From Balamuthia mandrillaris (Eukaryota), in NCBI GenBank assembly GCA_031835245.2, contig JAVKOQ020000097.1, positions 1 to 64,000 of the forward strand: 64,000 nucleotides of DNA. The letters are read 5' to 3'. The notes beneath the pieces are model-generated. The model was given only the letters and a program-made list of their open reading frames with translations. It had not been told where the DNA came from and searched no databases. Both the position numbers and the translations under genes were made by a program. Positions 34,358 to 47,099 of this stretch are shown here, in pieces (the stretch's first letter is position 1; each line of letters begins with the position of its first letter).

Positions 34358-34414
34358 AAAGGAACATCAAACACAGACCTTCTCGACGCTGTTGCTGCTT
34401 TTCCGCCAGAACAT
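31893..34414 (-). CDS. EHD/sarcalumenin-like dynamin-superfamily GTPase with C-terminal transmembrane segments
   Basis: GNHSSGKS P-loop, VDSPGMID, RGYDF, FFFDGEKPGTTGETL, LMNKVD. Two hydrophobic segments near 32250-32420. The start exon (MFWRKSS) is inferred. Confidence 0.85.
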
Positions 34415-34834
34415 CCTTGCTGTGTGTGTGTGCGTGTGTCGGTTGAAAAGAGGAAAAAAAAGGAGTGGTGTCCCTTGACAAAAGTGACACTTTCGGTGTC
34501 TTTTTTGTTGGGGCTTGCTTGCCACAGGAAGATGCCCCCTCAGGCGCCCGCCAAAAATTTTTTTTCAGGTGGTTGGAGCACAAAAGTTGCACGAGGCGTG
34601 CTGTCCGCAGAGATACTCGCGTCGTCGCGAGGCAACAGGAAGTCAAAAGAACGGAAAAGCGGAAGAGAGACACCCGACAGCAAAGCAACAAGAAGGCAAA
34701 TTAAAAAAAAACAAACAAACAAACAAAGCCACAAACGCCAAAGTAGGAGAGGAGGAGTATTTTTTTCTGCTGAGAAGCATATCTTGAGGGAAGTCTAAAA
34801 GTTTAGTTTTGTTGAAAGAGCAAACAAAAAAAAA

Positions 34835-36200
34835 ATGCAACAGTACGTGCCTTCAGCGCCCCCAGAGAAAGAGTAGTACGTATTGCCGAAAAGTTGTTGT
34901 TTCCTATTTCTCCAAAACCGTATACACGGGGATTTGTTGGAGTTTGCCAGCAACTGATGGATTTCCTTGTTCTGTGCGTTAAGCGACCAACTATTTAAAA
35001 TAGTCATCGTGGGAGACAGTGGTTGTGGAAAGAGCTACTTGTTGCTTCGGTTTACGGTTCGTTGGTCTTTTTATTTTGAAAAATCGAATTTTTTTTCTGG
35101 TCAATTGTGCCCGTGTTGGCTCATCCTTTTCTCCCTACCATAAAGGACAACAACTACTCGGATGTATATATTAGCACCATTGGCGTTGACTTTGTACGTT
35201 CACTGTACTGCTACTTTTCGTGTTGCCTATCTTTCTTTCTCCATTGTCCATCCTCATATTGCCACCTTCTCTTGTTAAACCAGAAATTCCGGTCGATCAA
35301 GCTGAATGGCAAAGTCATAAAGCTTCAGATATGGGACACAGGTGCGGTGTTATTCCCTTCCAACCTCCCTGCTCTTCGTTCCTGGGCTCTGTTCAGTTCT
35401 TTTTCTCTCTCGCTCTCTCGCTCTCTAGTTCTCTCTACCTCTCTTCTCTCTTTTCTCGCTCCTCTCTCTTCTCTTCTCTCCTCTCTTCACTCTTTCTCTC
35501 AATTCTTCTCACCAACATTTCTTCTCTGTTTTGCTATCTGTCTTCCTTCCATCTGATCCCCTTTCCCAGCTGGTCAAGAACGATTCAGAAATATTACATC
35601 TAGTTTCTACAGGTGGCCCGTCTTCTCGATCTTTTCCTCCCTTTCTGTCCTGATTCTCTGTCTTCTCACTCTTGTGTAATCTGTGTTGATTCTTTTGAAC
35701 TCATTTTAACAAACAACAAAAGAGGAGCGCATGGTATACTGCTGGTGTACGATGTCACCAACCAGGAATCCTTTGAGAACGTACGGACGTGGCTATCCGA
35801 TATCGAGCGCTACCATGGCTACGGCTCTTCCTCCTCCTCCACGATGAAGCCCTGCATCATCCTGGTGGGCAACAAGAACGACCTAGCCTCCAAGAAGGTG
35901 GTGGACACCCAAACCGCCAAAGACTTGGCGAACAAGAACGGCCTCTTGCACATAGAAACCTCGGCTAGGACGTCAGCCAACGTAGACACAGCTTTCATCA
36001 ACCTTGTTTCTGATATTCTTGCCAAAGTGTACGTCTTTCTTCCCTTGTTTTGGTCTGGACACAAAGACTCAGCGTAACAACAAAACTGCAGGGAGGCGAG
36101 CGGCTCCGACTTTGGTTCTTCTTCATCCCCAGGAATTGGACGGGGAGTGGTGGACCTTCGATCCTCTTCTGAAGAGCAAGCCGGTGGATGGTGTTGCTGA
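34835..36200 (+). CDS. Rab GTPase, Rab1-like
   Basis: GDSGCGKS, YISTIGVDFK, LQIWDTAGQERFR, YRGAHG, GNKND, ETSA. C-terminal GGWCC* prenylation motif. Confidence 0.93.
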
Positions 36201-36572
36201 GCACTATGGTGTTAATTGGCGCAACAGTTTTGTCACAGGCCAAGTAAAATATATTGCAAACAACAACTCAACTCTATTCTTTTTCTTCTTGTTCTTGTTC
36301 TTCTTCTCCTTCCATCGCTTCTCTCTCTCTTTTGGCTTTCTGGCATCACTCGGTGGTTTAGAGGGAGGGAAGAAGAGAGAAAGTTGAGGGGAATTCGAAA
36401 TGAACTGTTTGCACGCAAAAAAGACGCTGCACGAAGATTTAAATTCGAGAAGCACAAATCAGAGGGGTAAAAAAAAGGGGGGGAAAAGTAGAAGCGACGA
36501 TGTGTAAAAGAGCAGAACGATGTTGGAGTTTAAAGGACAGACAGAGAAAAATTAAAGCAAGGAAAAGGTTGT

Positions 36573-37058
36573 TTACAGGTCCATGCACCACTCGTTTTCC
36601 TTACGGATCTGTTCCTCCTCCTCGGGGGTAAAGTCGTTCTTGATGTTGAAGGTCTTTCGGATTTCCTCAGGGGTCTTTCCTTTGATCATGTTTGCTACAG
36701 TTTTACAGGTAAGGTCGAGGAGAGGCTTGATGTCCAAGTAGTTGGCGGCCAAGATCAACTCGAAAAGAGTAGCCTGGTCCACGTCGCAGAACTCCTTGTC
36801 CCAGGGGATGATGTCGTCAGTTCTCTTCTCATCTTTCTTCTCCTCGGCGGGTGTGGGGTCAGGGTGTTCATGATGGTATTTGCAGTACTCGATGACCTTG
36901 TTGAGAATCTTGCCTGTGACGTTGGGGAGAGGAATGGGGGCATCCAAATCCTGATCCAAATCGATCAACATGTGCTTGACGGTCACGCTCATCTCAGCGA
37001 TTTCCCTGTCAACGTCGAAGACCTGTTCGTCGGAGCTCTCCAGCTTAACCTTGGACAT
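36573..37058 (-). CDS. SKP1: Skp1, SCF ubiquitin ligase adaptor (intronless)
   Basis: [51 protein letters not shown]. Confidence 0.98.
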   Translation of the reverse strand: MSKVKLESSDEQVFDVDREIAEMSVTVKHMLIDLDQDLDAPIPLPNVTGKILNKVIEYCKYHHEHPDPTPAEEKKDEKRTDDIIPWDKEFCDVDQATLFELILAANYLDIKPLLDLTCKTVANMIKGKTPEEIRKTFNIKNDFTPEEEEQIRKENEWCMDL

Positions 37059-37792
37059 TTTGTGTGTAAGTGGTGTGTGTGCGGCGAGAAGAGAAGAGAA
37101 AAAAAAATTGCTTGCTTGCTTTGCCCCTGTGACAAAAAGTAAAAAAAAACAAAGAAATAGAAAAAAAAAATAGTGGCACTTCCTTTTTCCTTTTTTTTTT
37201 AAGTGACAAAAACAAATTAAAAAAATATTTAAGTAAAAAGAAAAGTAGACACGGGGACACAGAGGGAAAAAAAAAAAGCGGCACTACGAAAGAGCGCGTT
37301 TTTGGCGAAGTTTTAGCCCCACTAACACCACCACCGGAAATGAGACACCGGGCCTTCAGTGAATAAGGAAAATAGGTCCGGAGTTAAGGAAGGTTGACGC
37401 GTGTGTGATAGGTTTGTTCAACTCCGAAATCTATCTACCAATGGCGGTAAGCTCGAAAAGCTTAGACCAAAATTTTCGAGGAATTTATTTTTCGCCTGAG
37501 GGTTTCAGCAAACGATCGATCTACAACGGATCACCTGCCACGCGTGCAGAAAATACAGGTCCCTCACTAAAGTGGCTCAATGCTTTGATCTGTAACTGAA
37601 AGTTTCAAACCACCAATCAAAAATCAAAACAGAGGCTTAAACTTACCATAAAAAGGCCTTTTCTGTTGTCTTTTTCTTTGTCTCATCTCTAGCAGAGATC
37701 TTTCACGTCGACAAAAATTCATTGCTCCGCTTTAGCTCCCACACCAACAAAAGATGAAGGACCAAACGACTTGCAAAATGGATGGTACTTCT

Positions 37793-40700
37793 TTATTGAT
37801 CTTTGCGCCGTTCTGAGTGTTCCTTTGTCTGTTTGTCTGTTTTCGCGCGGGCCTTCGAGGACCGACGTTCACCATCAACAGATGCCAAGTCCAAGTGAGC
37901 GTGCTTTACCCTACTACTGTCGCCATTGCTGCTACCGTCCTTGCAACTCTTTCCCCTCGAAGGAGGAGACCTCGCCCGAATACGCTCAGACCGTTGGTTA
38001 TCGGTGGTCACTCGTGGTTTTGGCGCTTGACTGCGTGCCACTCGAAGCTTCTCTGACGAAAGGCGAGGAACGGAGAGCTTCGTGGATTGTGTGCCTGTCA
38101 CAAGGAGGCTCTGCCCTCTGTCTGTAATTCTTGTCCCCGCCCTTTTCTCCTTGAGTCGCTCCTCCATTTGTTTAACTAGATCCGCTTTCTGAGCCGCCTC
38201 TTTCTCGGGTCTCACTTCTTCGTTTGCAGGTCTAAGGGTCCATGTGTCCTCGTCCACAACTTGCACGATGAGAGGCCTCTTCTTCCACTTTCCCTTGACC
38301 AGGAGACTCCTTCCATCCCCACTGTCAATTGTGTACAAGCCCCCTCTGTTGGGCGGAGGAGCTTCTCCTCTCAGCACGTGTAAGTCTCCTGTGCTGATGC
38401 TTCTCGTTCCTCTCACTCCACTGCTGTTGTTGTTGCTCGGCAAGTTTGTGTTTGCCATACCAGACGACACTAGTTGAATGGTAGGTGGCACGTTTGTTTG
38501 ATGGCTCGCTTTAGTGGCCTTGTTGCTGGCTCGTCCCTCTGTTTTGTGGTTGTCCTTCCTCTTTTGTTTTTGTTTCTTCTTCTGCTTTTCTTTCTTGTAG
38601 GGCTGCTCTTCTAAAGCGTCCATCGCAATTCTGCGCCAACGCCCCAGCTCTGCTGTGCTCATGGTGCGTCGCCTCATCTCCGGACTAAGCACTTCTTCAT
38701 CATTTGATGCTGGCTCTTCCTCTTCATCGTCTGTATCATCCTCTTTATCTCCTTCTGTCACGAGTTTTACCTGCCGAGATGATACTGAAGCTGACGAAGA
38801 GGAGGCTTCTTGCTGGGCTTCTCGTTTGACACCCCGAGGTTGCCCTGTCTTGGGTTGGGCAAGCATTGATAGTTGGTCCAGTATCTTGTCGTTGCGGATA
38901 GCAGGAAGGGCCTTCAGAAACGCTTGGGCACGTTGCCGTATCTCTGAGGTACCAATACCCTCGCATTCCAGTTCCAACTGTGCTGCCTTTTCTTGTAACT
39001 TGCATACCTTTTCGTTTTGGATGGTTTTGTTTAGTTTTTTGTTAGGCCAGCTGAAAAGGATTAGCATGGGAGGGAGGAGACTTGTACACACCCATTTAAT
39101 CAGCATATAGAGCATTAGCATCTTTTCCTTGTTGATGCGACCATCTTCCACGGAAGGTTCACCTTCTTCTCTCTTGCTCTCTCCTGCTTCTTCTGTTTGT
39201 GGCTGCTCTTTTTGTTGCTGTTGTGTGTAGTCTGTGTTGCCTACGTCCGTAAATGTAAGATCTCTTAGGATAATGGCCACATATGGTATCCGTGGTGCCA
39301 CCTTCTTCTTGTTACCTCCCCCATCGGCTTTCTCATCGCCCTCCAAATTATGCAGCATGAGCGCTGGGCTGCTCCTCGTTTGCCTGCTCATTTTTTCCAG
39401 CCCTGAGGAGGGCCCCGTTGCAGCTTGTGCTATGCTGTCTCTCAAAGCCATGCTACCACCAGAGGGAGGAGTGTGGTGATGCCGTTTGGCCTTCTCAAAA
39501 GCCTCTCGGTAGTGCTTGAAGTTGGAGTGAGGGTCACCCAGTTTGTCCAGCTCGGTGAAACGAGCTCTGGAAGAGGGGGACACCTCCTTCCACGCTTCTT
39601 TCAACCGGCTGATGCAACGGTTGTTCAGGGCGCCAACGATCTGCATTACGCTATTGAAGTTGTTGCGTTTGCGGCAGCAGTTGGCAATCTTGATGAACCG
39701 CTTTATGCAATCGGCCATTGCTTTGGGTTCGTCGTGGCTCAGTATCATCGTTACAGTCCAGTAGCTCACCTTTTTTTTCAGGGGAAGCAGGAGAGAATCA
39801 GATAAAAGAAGGGGAAGAAGGAAGAAGAGAGCGTTGGTGAAGAAGCAAAAGAAGAAAAAAAACTGGAAAAGGAAGCATAAAACGGAAGAATCACAGCAGC
39901 AAGCGCAAGTAGCAGAAGTTCACGCCGTAAACCAAGCTAGAGTCATCAAACGAGATGAACAAACCTGATTAAACCGCTCAATGTAGGGAAAAAGGTGTGG
40001 GCAAAGACGTTGCAGCTTTCCAGTGGCGTCAGCACTGCTGCTGTTCGCCGAGTAAGCCAACCACTCCCTCGGCGGAACGGCCAGGAACATGAGAGCCTCC
40101 TGCCTCGTGAACTCGTTGGCGATGATGCTGGGGCTTAAGCCCTCCCAGAGGTTCCTGTAGGTTCCCACATGAAACTGCGACAAAATGTGGGAATAACTGG
40201 AAACCGTGCACGCTTGTGCTTCCTCATCTTCTTTTGGGGTCTTGTTTGTTTCCACTGCTCCTTCTTCGGGTGCGGGTATTTCCTTTTCGTTCTTCTTTGG
40301 GGTGTGGTTTGCGCTGATTTGCACCTTTGCAGTTCTTCTGTCCGCGACTTGCAAGAAGAGAAGCTTAAAGTTGTTGATGACGGTGGAATCGCTGCAACTT
40401 CGGTCGAGCTCCCTCAGGACAAACGTGCGGTGTTGGACGCTTCTAAAGTCCTGAGGGTACTCTGAAATCCAAAGCCGCATAAAGTCCAAAACATTTTGTT
40501 CTCTGTCTTCCACTTTGGTGCTGCTTGTTTTAGCCAACAGAAGGAACAGATGAAGTTAAAATGGAAAGAGAACGCATGCAGTCTTCATAGCAGAGAAAGA
40601 GCTATACTCACGGTATCTTCCTTCCTTCCGCGTCCTTCTTCCGTAGGGCTGCTTCAGCTAGTCTGTTGGTTTTTTTTTTTTTTTTACAAACAGTTTTAGC

Positions 40701-40920
40701 TTAGAATCAAGGACCCTGTCAAAGAGGTAAAGAAGGATCAAACGAGGACATACTCGGAGGCCCATAACTCCAACAGGTCCGTATGGTCCTGACCCGGTTG
40801 GTTCCACTTGGATTGGCAGAGCAAAAAGGCTCTCATGTCGTTCAGGTCGGAGCCGCCCATAACCCGACAAGCCAATTCCACAAACGCCCTCCTCTTGTTG
40901 GACATGCTTGTGGCCTCCAT
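37793..40920 (-). CDS. Ras guanine nucleotide exchange factor (REM + CDC25 domain, low-complexity tail)
   Basis: VLDFMRLWISEYPQDF, IANEFT, ERFNQVSYW, NNFNSVMQIVGAL, SRLKEAW, NFKHYR, IPYVAIILRDLTFTDVGN, GRINKEK. Confidence 0.92.
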
Positions 40921-41325
40921 GCCTCCAGAGCAAACTTATCTGTCTTTCTTCGCCTCCTCGCCCTTCTTTCTCTCTCAGGAGAAGTTTTCGCTTTTTAGTT
41001 CTGTTCCGCCAAGCGGCGCTGCGGATAACTGGATGGCGAAAGGGGGCGTCTGGACGTGCGCAAGAGCTTGTCCATCGGGTCGCCTCGTGGAGGCAACGAG
41101 CGACAGCAGGACAGATCCCTGCCGACCTATTCTTCCCAAATATGATTAATTAGATCTAATCTCATTTCCAAATATATCACAACGTGACATCAGCCGAATG
41201 GACCCGAGACAACTTCGCTCCTCTCCTCTCTCTTGTCCGCAAACAAAAAACAAAAACGGCTGAAGATTTGTTTGGCAAACTTCACTCACCCCCACCAGGC
41301 CTCCACCTCCACCTTCACGCGCGGC

Positions 41326-41656
41326 ATGGCGAAGAACCTCCTACTTTCCACCACAGCTGCGTGTAGAACGAATAGTCCTGGCCGTCTCCTGCCTCGGCTC
41401 TGCCCTGTATCTTCCTCGCTGACGTTTGCTCGGCATTATAATACCACTGCTTCAGAAGAGGTCAGAAGCGAAACCTCCACAAAGGGCGCATCCGATGAGC
41501 GGACCCCTCCTTCCTCTTTCACCCCGGAACGCATTCGTGCCAATCAACAATTCTGCCTCGATCGCGTAAAGTAGGTCTCTACTTCCACTTCTCTCGCTCT
41601 CTTGCTCGCTCTCTCTCTCTCTCTCTCTCTCTCGTTCTCTCTTCTCCTTCCACTCG

Positions 41657-41693
<37 letters not shown>

Positions 41694-41957
41694 CTCCCCT
41701 CTTTCTGCTATTCAAGATCTCATTCGCGTTGGTTTGGTAAAAAGACGAGTAGACTATGAGCACTATCTCTCCATCTTCTTCTTGCCCAAACAAGCGAGAA
41801 GCGCGAACATGGCCATTCGAGCCTTCAACGCGGAGACAGCGGTCATTCCTGATGCTGTCAAGGACAAGAACGCAGCCAGCATGCGCCTTCACTGGTGGAA
41901 GGAGACCATCAATGCATGTCTCAAGGTTATAACAACAACTCCCTCCTCTGCGTTCTC

Positions 41958-41996
<39 letters not shown>

Positions 41997-43151
41997 TTTC
42001 TTGCTCATCTCCTGGTTCTCTTCAATCTGAGTTTAACGAGAGTGATGGTTGTTTGCTGAGCAGGGAGCACCTACAAATAATCCAGTCATCGAAGAGCTTT
42101 ACCGAACCACACAAACTGGTACAAGACTTTCTTACAGTTGGTTTAAACGAACTTTGGATAAGCGGGTGCGCATTGCTTTCTTGTTGTTGCAACTATAATC
42201 CATAGTCATCTTCTCCACATTTTCGCTCTTCTTGTATCCTTCATATTTTGTTTCCATCGTCTTTGTCTTTATCATTGTCTTTATCTTTGTTGTTGTATCT
42301 CTTCTTTCTTTGTTGTTTGTTTTTTGGCTGATGTCCTGTTAACAATATAGCTTTCGGACTTGGCTTCTGGCTCTGTGATACATTCAATGACGGCAATGGA
42401 GTCGTTTGCGGAGGACACAGCCTCTTCTCTCCTCTACCTCTCCTTGGAGAGTTTAGATGTACGAAACATTCAAGCAGACCACGCCGCAAGCCACATTGGT
42501 ATCTCCTTTCGTTTGATTCTTTGATCCTTTGTTTGTTCTCAGTTTAAACTTTTATTTGCTTGCAATATTAAAGGAAAGGCTGTAGGCATAACGCGGTTGC
42601 TTCGAGGCACTCCGTATCACTTTCAACGTGGAGAAACTTATCTGCCTCTTGACCTTCTTGCCAAAGTAAGCATTCTCTCTCTTTCTGCTCCCTCTCTTCC
42701 TCTGGCTTTTTTTCGCTCTTTCTCTTGTTCTCTCTCGCTTCCTCTCCCTCCCTCCCTTCTTTTCCTTCTGTGTGCTGTTTGTGCTCCCTTATTTCTCCTT
42801 CTTGTGTTATATTTGGTTCTTCTTCTTATGCCCCTATTTTTCAAGAAAGGCATAGTTCAAAACGACTTGTACAGAGGTGAAATACCAGCCGCGATCACCG
42901 ACGTGGTCTACGAAGTGGCATGCGTGGCCAAAGCGCATCTCACTCATGCTCGTCAACTTCGGCCAAACGTGCCGCAGCAAGCCATTCCAGCGCTGCTTCC
43001 GGCTCTCATCGCGGAGGACTATCTGCGACGTTTGGAGAAGACGGGCTTCAACCCGTTTGACCCTTCTCTGCTCTCTCTCATTGCTCACAACGCCAACACC
43101 TTGCCCCTCCTCTTTCGAATGCTTTCTCATTCTTGGCGGAACCAATACTGA
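41326..43151 (+). CDS. NDUFAF6: Complex I assembly factor NDUFAF6 (phytoene/squalene synthase fold)
   Basis: Mitochondrial-type presequence; [66 protein letters not shown]. Confidence 0.9.
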
Positions 43152-43248
43152 AACTCTCTTCTCGCAAGCAAAGCACAAAAAGAAATACAGAAACATTATG
43201 CAGTATTTACGGATGAATGAATAATAGAGACGCAAAAGGCGGATCTTC

Positions 43249-43701
43249 TTACTCGGTCTTGACAGTGCCACTGATGGTTCCAGTGTCGCCAACCGTGCCA
43301 CCACCGCCAGGTGCCACTTTGATGACCGTCAAAGTCCCGTTGAACTTGTTGCCAGACACCGTACCAACGTACCTGCGACCAGCGGACAGAGGAATGAGTT
43401 GAAAAAAAAAAAACAGAAGACTAGGCACACGAGTGAGGGAGTGGAAGTTTACTCACTTGTTGACTTGACCGGTGGTGAAAGTAGCGGTGACGTTAAGCTG
43501 ACCGTTCGCGAAGGAACCGCTGTAGGTCTTCTTGGCGCCGCCATCCGCGCCGTCGTTCTTGTTGCCGCCAGAGACGTTGCCGCTGCCGTCCACCTCGAAC
43601 TTCATCTCCCAGCCGGCCACCCTTGAGTTGGCAGGCCTTCCACCAAGCTGAGTCCACACGGCCACACCGTCATCACCGCCTCCAATCTTGTACTTGGTCA
43701 T
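43249..43701 (-). CDS. Small Gly/Thr-rich all-beta hypothetical protein (~122 aa, 2 exons)
   Basis: Clean GT-AG intron (AAG|gtgagt...cgcag|). Strong C/G-ending codon bias. TATAAATA motif ~90 bp upstream. Confidence 0.75.
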
Positions 43702-44526
43702 TCTGTTTTGCGGGTTGTGTTGTTTGTATATAAAAGTGTTTTTTGTTGGTTTGTGTTTTTTGTAAGAGGAAGAGAACAAGACGTACTTATTTATAGTTGA
43801 AGGTGGCAGAGAAGAGAACTTGCTGGGTTTTTTGCGAAGCCACAGTGGCGTCAGCGAATCTGCACACTAATTTCAAAGTCAACCCAAGTACCCAAGAATA
43901 GCTGACGAATAGCAAATTGGGGTTAATTCATTCTTTTGCGTAACCTGAAACACTGCTGGGTCCACGCAAAGATAAGCTGGAGATTCAGCTTCCTTGGTTG
44001 GCTGGCTTGTTGCCTCATTGTGTAAACTGGGTCGATTTTGTGTTTAGAAAGGGCAGCGGGGAGAGGGGAGAGGGGAGAGAGCAGAGATTGGTGTTCTTGT
44101 TTGGATAGCTTACCTTTGGTACCTTCCTTCAAAAATGCCTTCCACCTATGGGAGCTCCTTCAACAAGAAAAGTGCTGGCATAGGAGAGCAGAAGCGAAAA
44201 ACAAAACAAAACAAAACAAATCAAAACAAAAGAGCAGAGAAGGGAGCGAGAGAAGAGACCAATAAAGAAGAGAATAACGAAGAGAATAAACAAAGCAACT
44301 AAGAAGGGAACAGAAGGGGAGAGAAAGAGAGAGGCTGACAGGTTAACTTCCAGCACGAAACACAGTTGAGAGCAAGCGAGATATGTAGGAAAGCAAGAAA
44401 TACCGGTTTATGTGCAACTCAAGAGGAGGAGGAGTACGCCATGGGAAGAGAAAGGTGGTGGAAGTGACGGAAGAGAGAAAAAGCAAAGACGAAAGAAGAG
44501 GATAAAAAAATAAGGTTCACAGATGG

Positions 44527-45040
44527 TTAAATAGTCTCTGTTTCTGTTGGGATAACTGCTGGTTAAAGAAAGAACGAAAGAGAGAAAGAGAACGAAAGAG
44601 ACGGAGCGAAAAAGAGAACGGAAGAGAGACGACGAAATGAAGAAAGACGGGGCAGAACGGTAAGCCAGCTCGCAAACGTACATTTTTTCCTCAACATCTG
44701 ATCGGCCTGCTCGCGGTGCTCCCTGTGTCGCTCAAAGTTTTGCTGTCTGAGCTCCAAATACTTTGGTGTGTTCACGTACGTTAAAAACAAACACCAAGAA
44801 GAACAGAAAAAAAAAGAAACACAACACACAAAATCAAATGGGTAAATCGGAGCAAAGCAAAAAAGAGTGAGCGGGGGCGCCCTGCATGCATACCTCTTCA
44901 TACAAGCACTTGTCCAGAGCGACCCGCACCGAGTTGCACACTCCGACAAACTTGGCAAGGGGGTTCTCCTTGTGACACCGCTCCAGGGCATCGATCTGCT
45001 GTCGGCACTTCTCGTGTCCTGTCTTCAACGGTGGGTGCAT
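44527..45040 (-). CDS. CMC2: Twin CX9C protein, COX assembly mitochondrial protein 2 (CMC2-like)
   Basis: MHPPL...CRQQIDALERC...KFVGVCNSVRVALDKC has two exact CX9C motifs. The last exon and end are uncertain. Confidence 0.85.
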
Positions 45041-45099
45041 CTCTTTCTTCCTTTCTTTGCTTTTTATTTTTTCCAAGAAAACTCCAAATAGAGAAAGAA

Positions 45100-45375
45100 C
45101 AAGAAAGAAAGAAAGAAACGACCAGAAAGAAACGACAAGAAAGAAAGAAACGACAAGAAAGAAAGAAACGACAAGAAAGAAAGAAACGACAAGAAAGAAA
45201 GAAACGACAAGAAAGAAACGACAAGAAAGAAAGAAACGACAAGAAAGAAAGAAACGACAAGAAAGAAGCGACAAGAAAGAAAGAAAGAAAGAAAGCAAAA
45301 GCAAGAAAGAAAGAAAGAAAGAAACGACAAGAAAGAAACGAATAGAACCGAAAAGAAAGAAAGAAATAAAAGAAA
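45100..45375. repeat. Minisatellite, ~18-bp unit aagaaagaaagaaacgac
   Basis: About ten units of 14-18 bp between the methyltransferase 3' end and the CMC2 start. Confidence 0.9.
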
Positions 45376-45565
45376 CGACAAGGAAGGAAGGAAGGAATAA
45401 AGAAGAAAACTGAAAGTAAAGAAAAGAAAACAGAAAGGACAAGAAACAAAAAGAAAGAAAGGGCAAAATGGTTGCTTGGGTGCAGCTGTTCTGGAAAGAA
45501 TACAAAGGGTTTTGAAGGTCCTTTTCTTGTGTATGCTTCTTTCTTTCGTAGTTGCCATCGGATGC

Positions 45566-45777
45566 TCACTCAGCATGGGAGGACGAGGAAGGAGGAGAAC
45601 AGACCATCGCCCACACTCTGTGAGGAATGTGCAGCGGTTCCTCTGGGAAACGGGATTGCAGCATCGCTCCATGCTCCTCATCAAAGGCCTTCACCTGCTC
45701 TGCTGCCAAAGAGGCTGCCACGCCTGCCATCGCTCTTATTCTTCCTCTGAACAAACAGAACGTCTTAACGCCGGGAC

Positions 45778-45811
<34 letters not shown>

Positions 45812-46643
45812 AGAAGAAGAAGAAGAAGAAGAAGAAGAAGAAGAAGAAGAAGAACAACAACAAGAAGAACAAGAAGAAGAGAAGCCAAAAAGACGCACCG
45901 CCAAGCTTCATGAGAATAAGGAACGTCGACAACGAAGCTGAAGGTCTCTATGTCTTGAAAGCCGCATTCGGCGGCACGCATGGCCCATTGCGGATAAAAG
46001 CCGGTGCCGCCATGCATCTTCCATCCTTTTTTTTTTGTTTGTTTGTTTCGAAAGAGGAAGCAAGGAGCAGAGAGAAGTAAGGACGATAGAGAAGAAAGAG
46101 AAGAGAGCAAAGAAGACAAAGGAGACAGAGAAGAAGCAAGACAAGAGCAAGAGGGATACCGGGATTATGTTTCAACACCAACCGCTCGGTAGCTTGCGCC
46201 ACGCCTCCCTCCAAAGGCAACCAATCGAAGTGGCAGACGACCAGCCTCGGCGTGGCTGCGAGTGGCTCGGAGGGGGCCTCCCTCTCCTTGAGCAGCCTCG
46301 CCACCTCCCGGAACGCCCCCGCAGAGTCGAACCAATGCCAGCACTGGCCCGCCGTGACCACGTCGAAGCTGCGGGAGGGCAGGCCCGTTGCCTCGGCCTT
46401 GCCCTGCACGTAGCTTGGCGGCGGTGGTTGCTGTTGTTGAGGGGAAGAACCCCAGAGCTCGTCGTCCAAGCGTTTGGCCTCGGCCAGGAGCTCGGCGGAG
46501 GGGTCCAACCCCACCACCGTGCAGCCCATTCGGGCCAACGATCTTTGGTGGGCGGAGCCAAAGATGAGAAGCTTTCCGGTGGGAACGAAGAGAGAAAGAG
46601 AAGGGACAAACGAGAGAAAGAGCAGAGAGGCAGCAAGGAATGG

Positions 46644-46688
<45 letters not shown>

Positions 46689-47001
46689 CACACACCTGGC
46701 CACGGTGCCGGTGCCGGTGCCGAGGTCCAAAACCTTTTGTCCCTCGAGCCCGATGCCGTACTGCTGCTTCAACCTATCGAACAGCTTTTGGGGGAAGCCT
46801 GCCCTGAACCTAGAAACATCAAATCAGCTCACACCTTTCTTTCTTTTTTGGTTTGCTACAGGCAACCAAAGGCATTCATTCATTCCTCTATGCTATCAAC
46901 ACGTACTTTCCGTAGTCAGCCGCTGTTTTGCCAAAGTCCACCTCCTTTCCGGACCTGTACACCTCCTCCGCCCTTCCTTCTCCCTCCTCTCGTCTCTCCA
47001 T
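45566..47001 (-). CDS. Class I SAM-dependent methyltransferase (Methyltransf_11/25-like)
   Basis: VDFGKTAADY, RAGFP, VLDLGTGTG, FDVVTAGQCWHWFD, CHFDWLP, WRGRIRA, IPHRVW across GT-AG exons. Confidence 0.9.
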
Positions 47002-47099
47002 AGCCTTCGAGCTTCGCTTCAGCTTTTATATATATTTTTTTTCTTCTGATCCAGAAATCAGAAATCAGAGATTTTCTGAACAAAAAAGTTTGCTTTAGG

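Noticed and set aside
43923..44445. Orphan minus-strand exon-like segments downstream of CMC2 (ag|gtggaagg...aaag|gtaagc)
   Set aside because: Splice signals look real, but no start or upstream acceptor gives a coherent protein. May be spliced UTR; not supportable as a CDS.
44834..45684. Long Phe/Leu/Ser-rich and Lys/Arg/Glu-rich ORFs
   Set aside because: Translations of the 18-bp minisatellite and AAAG repeats.
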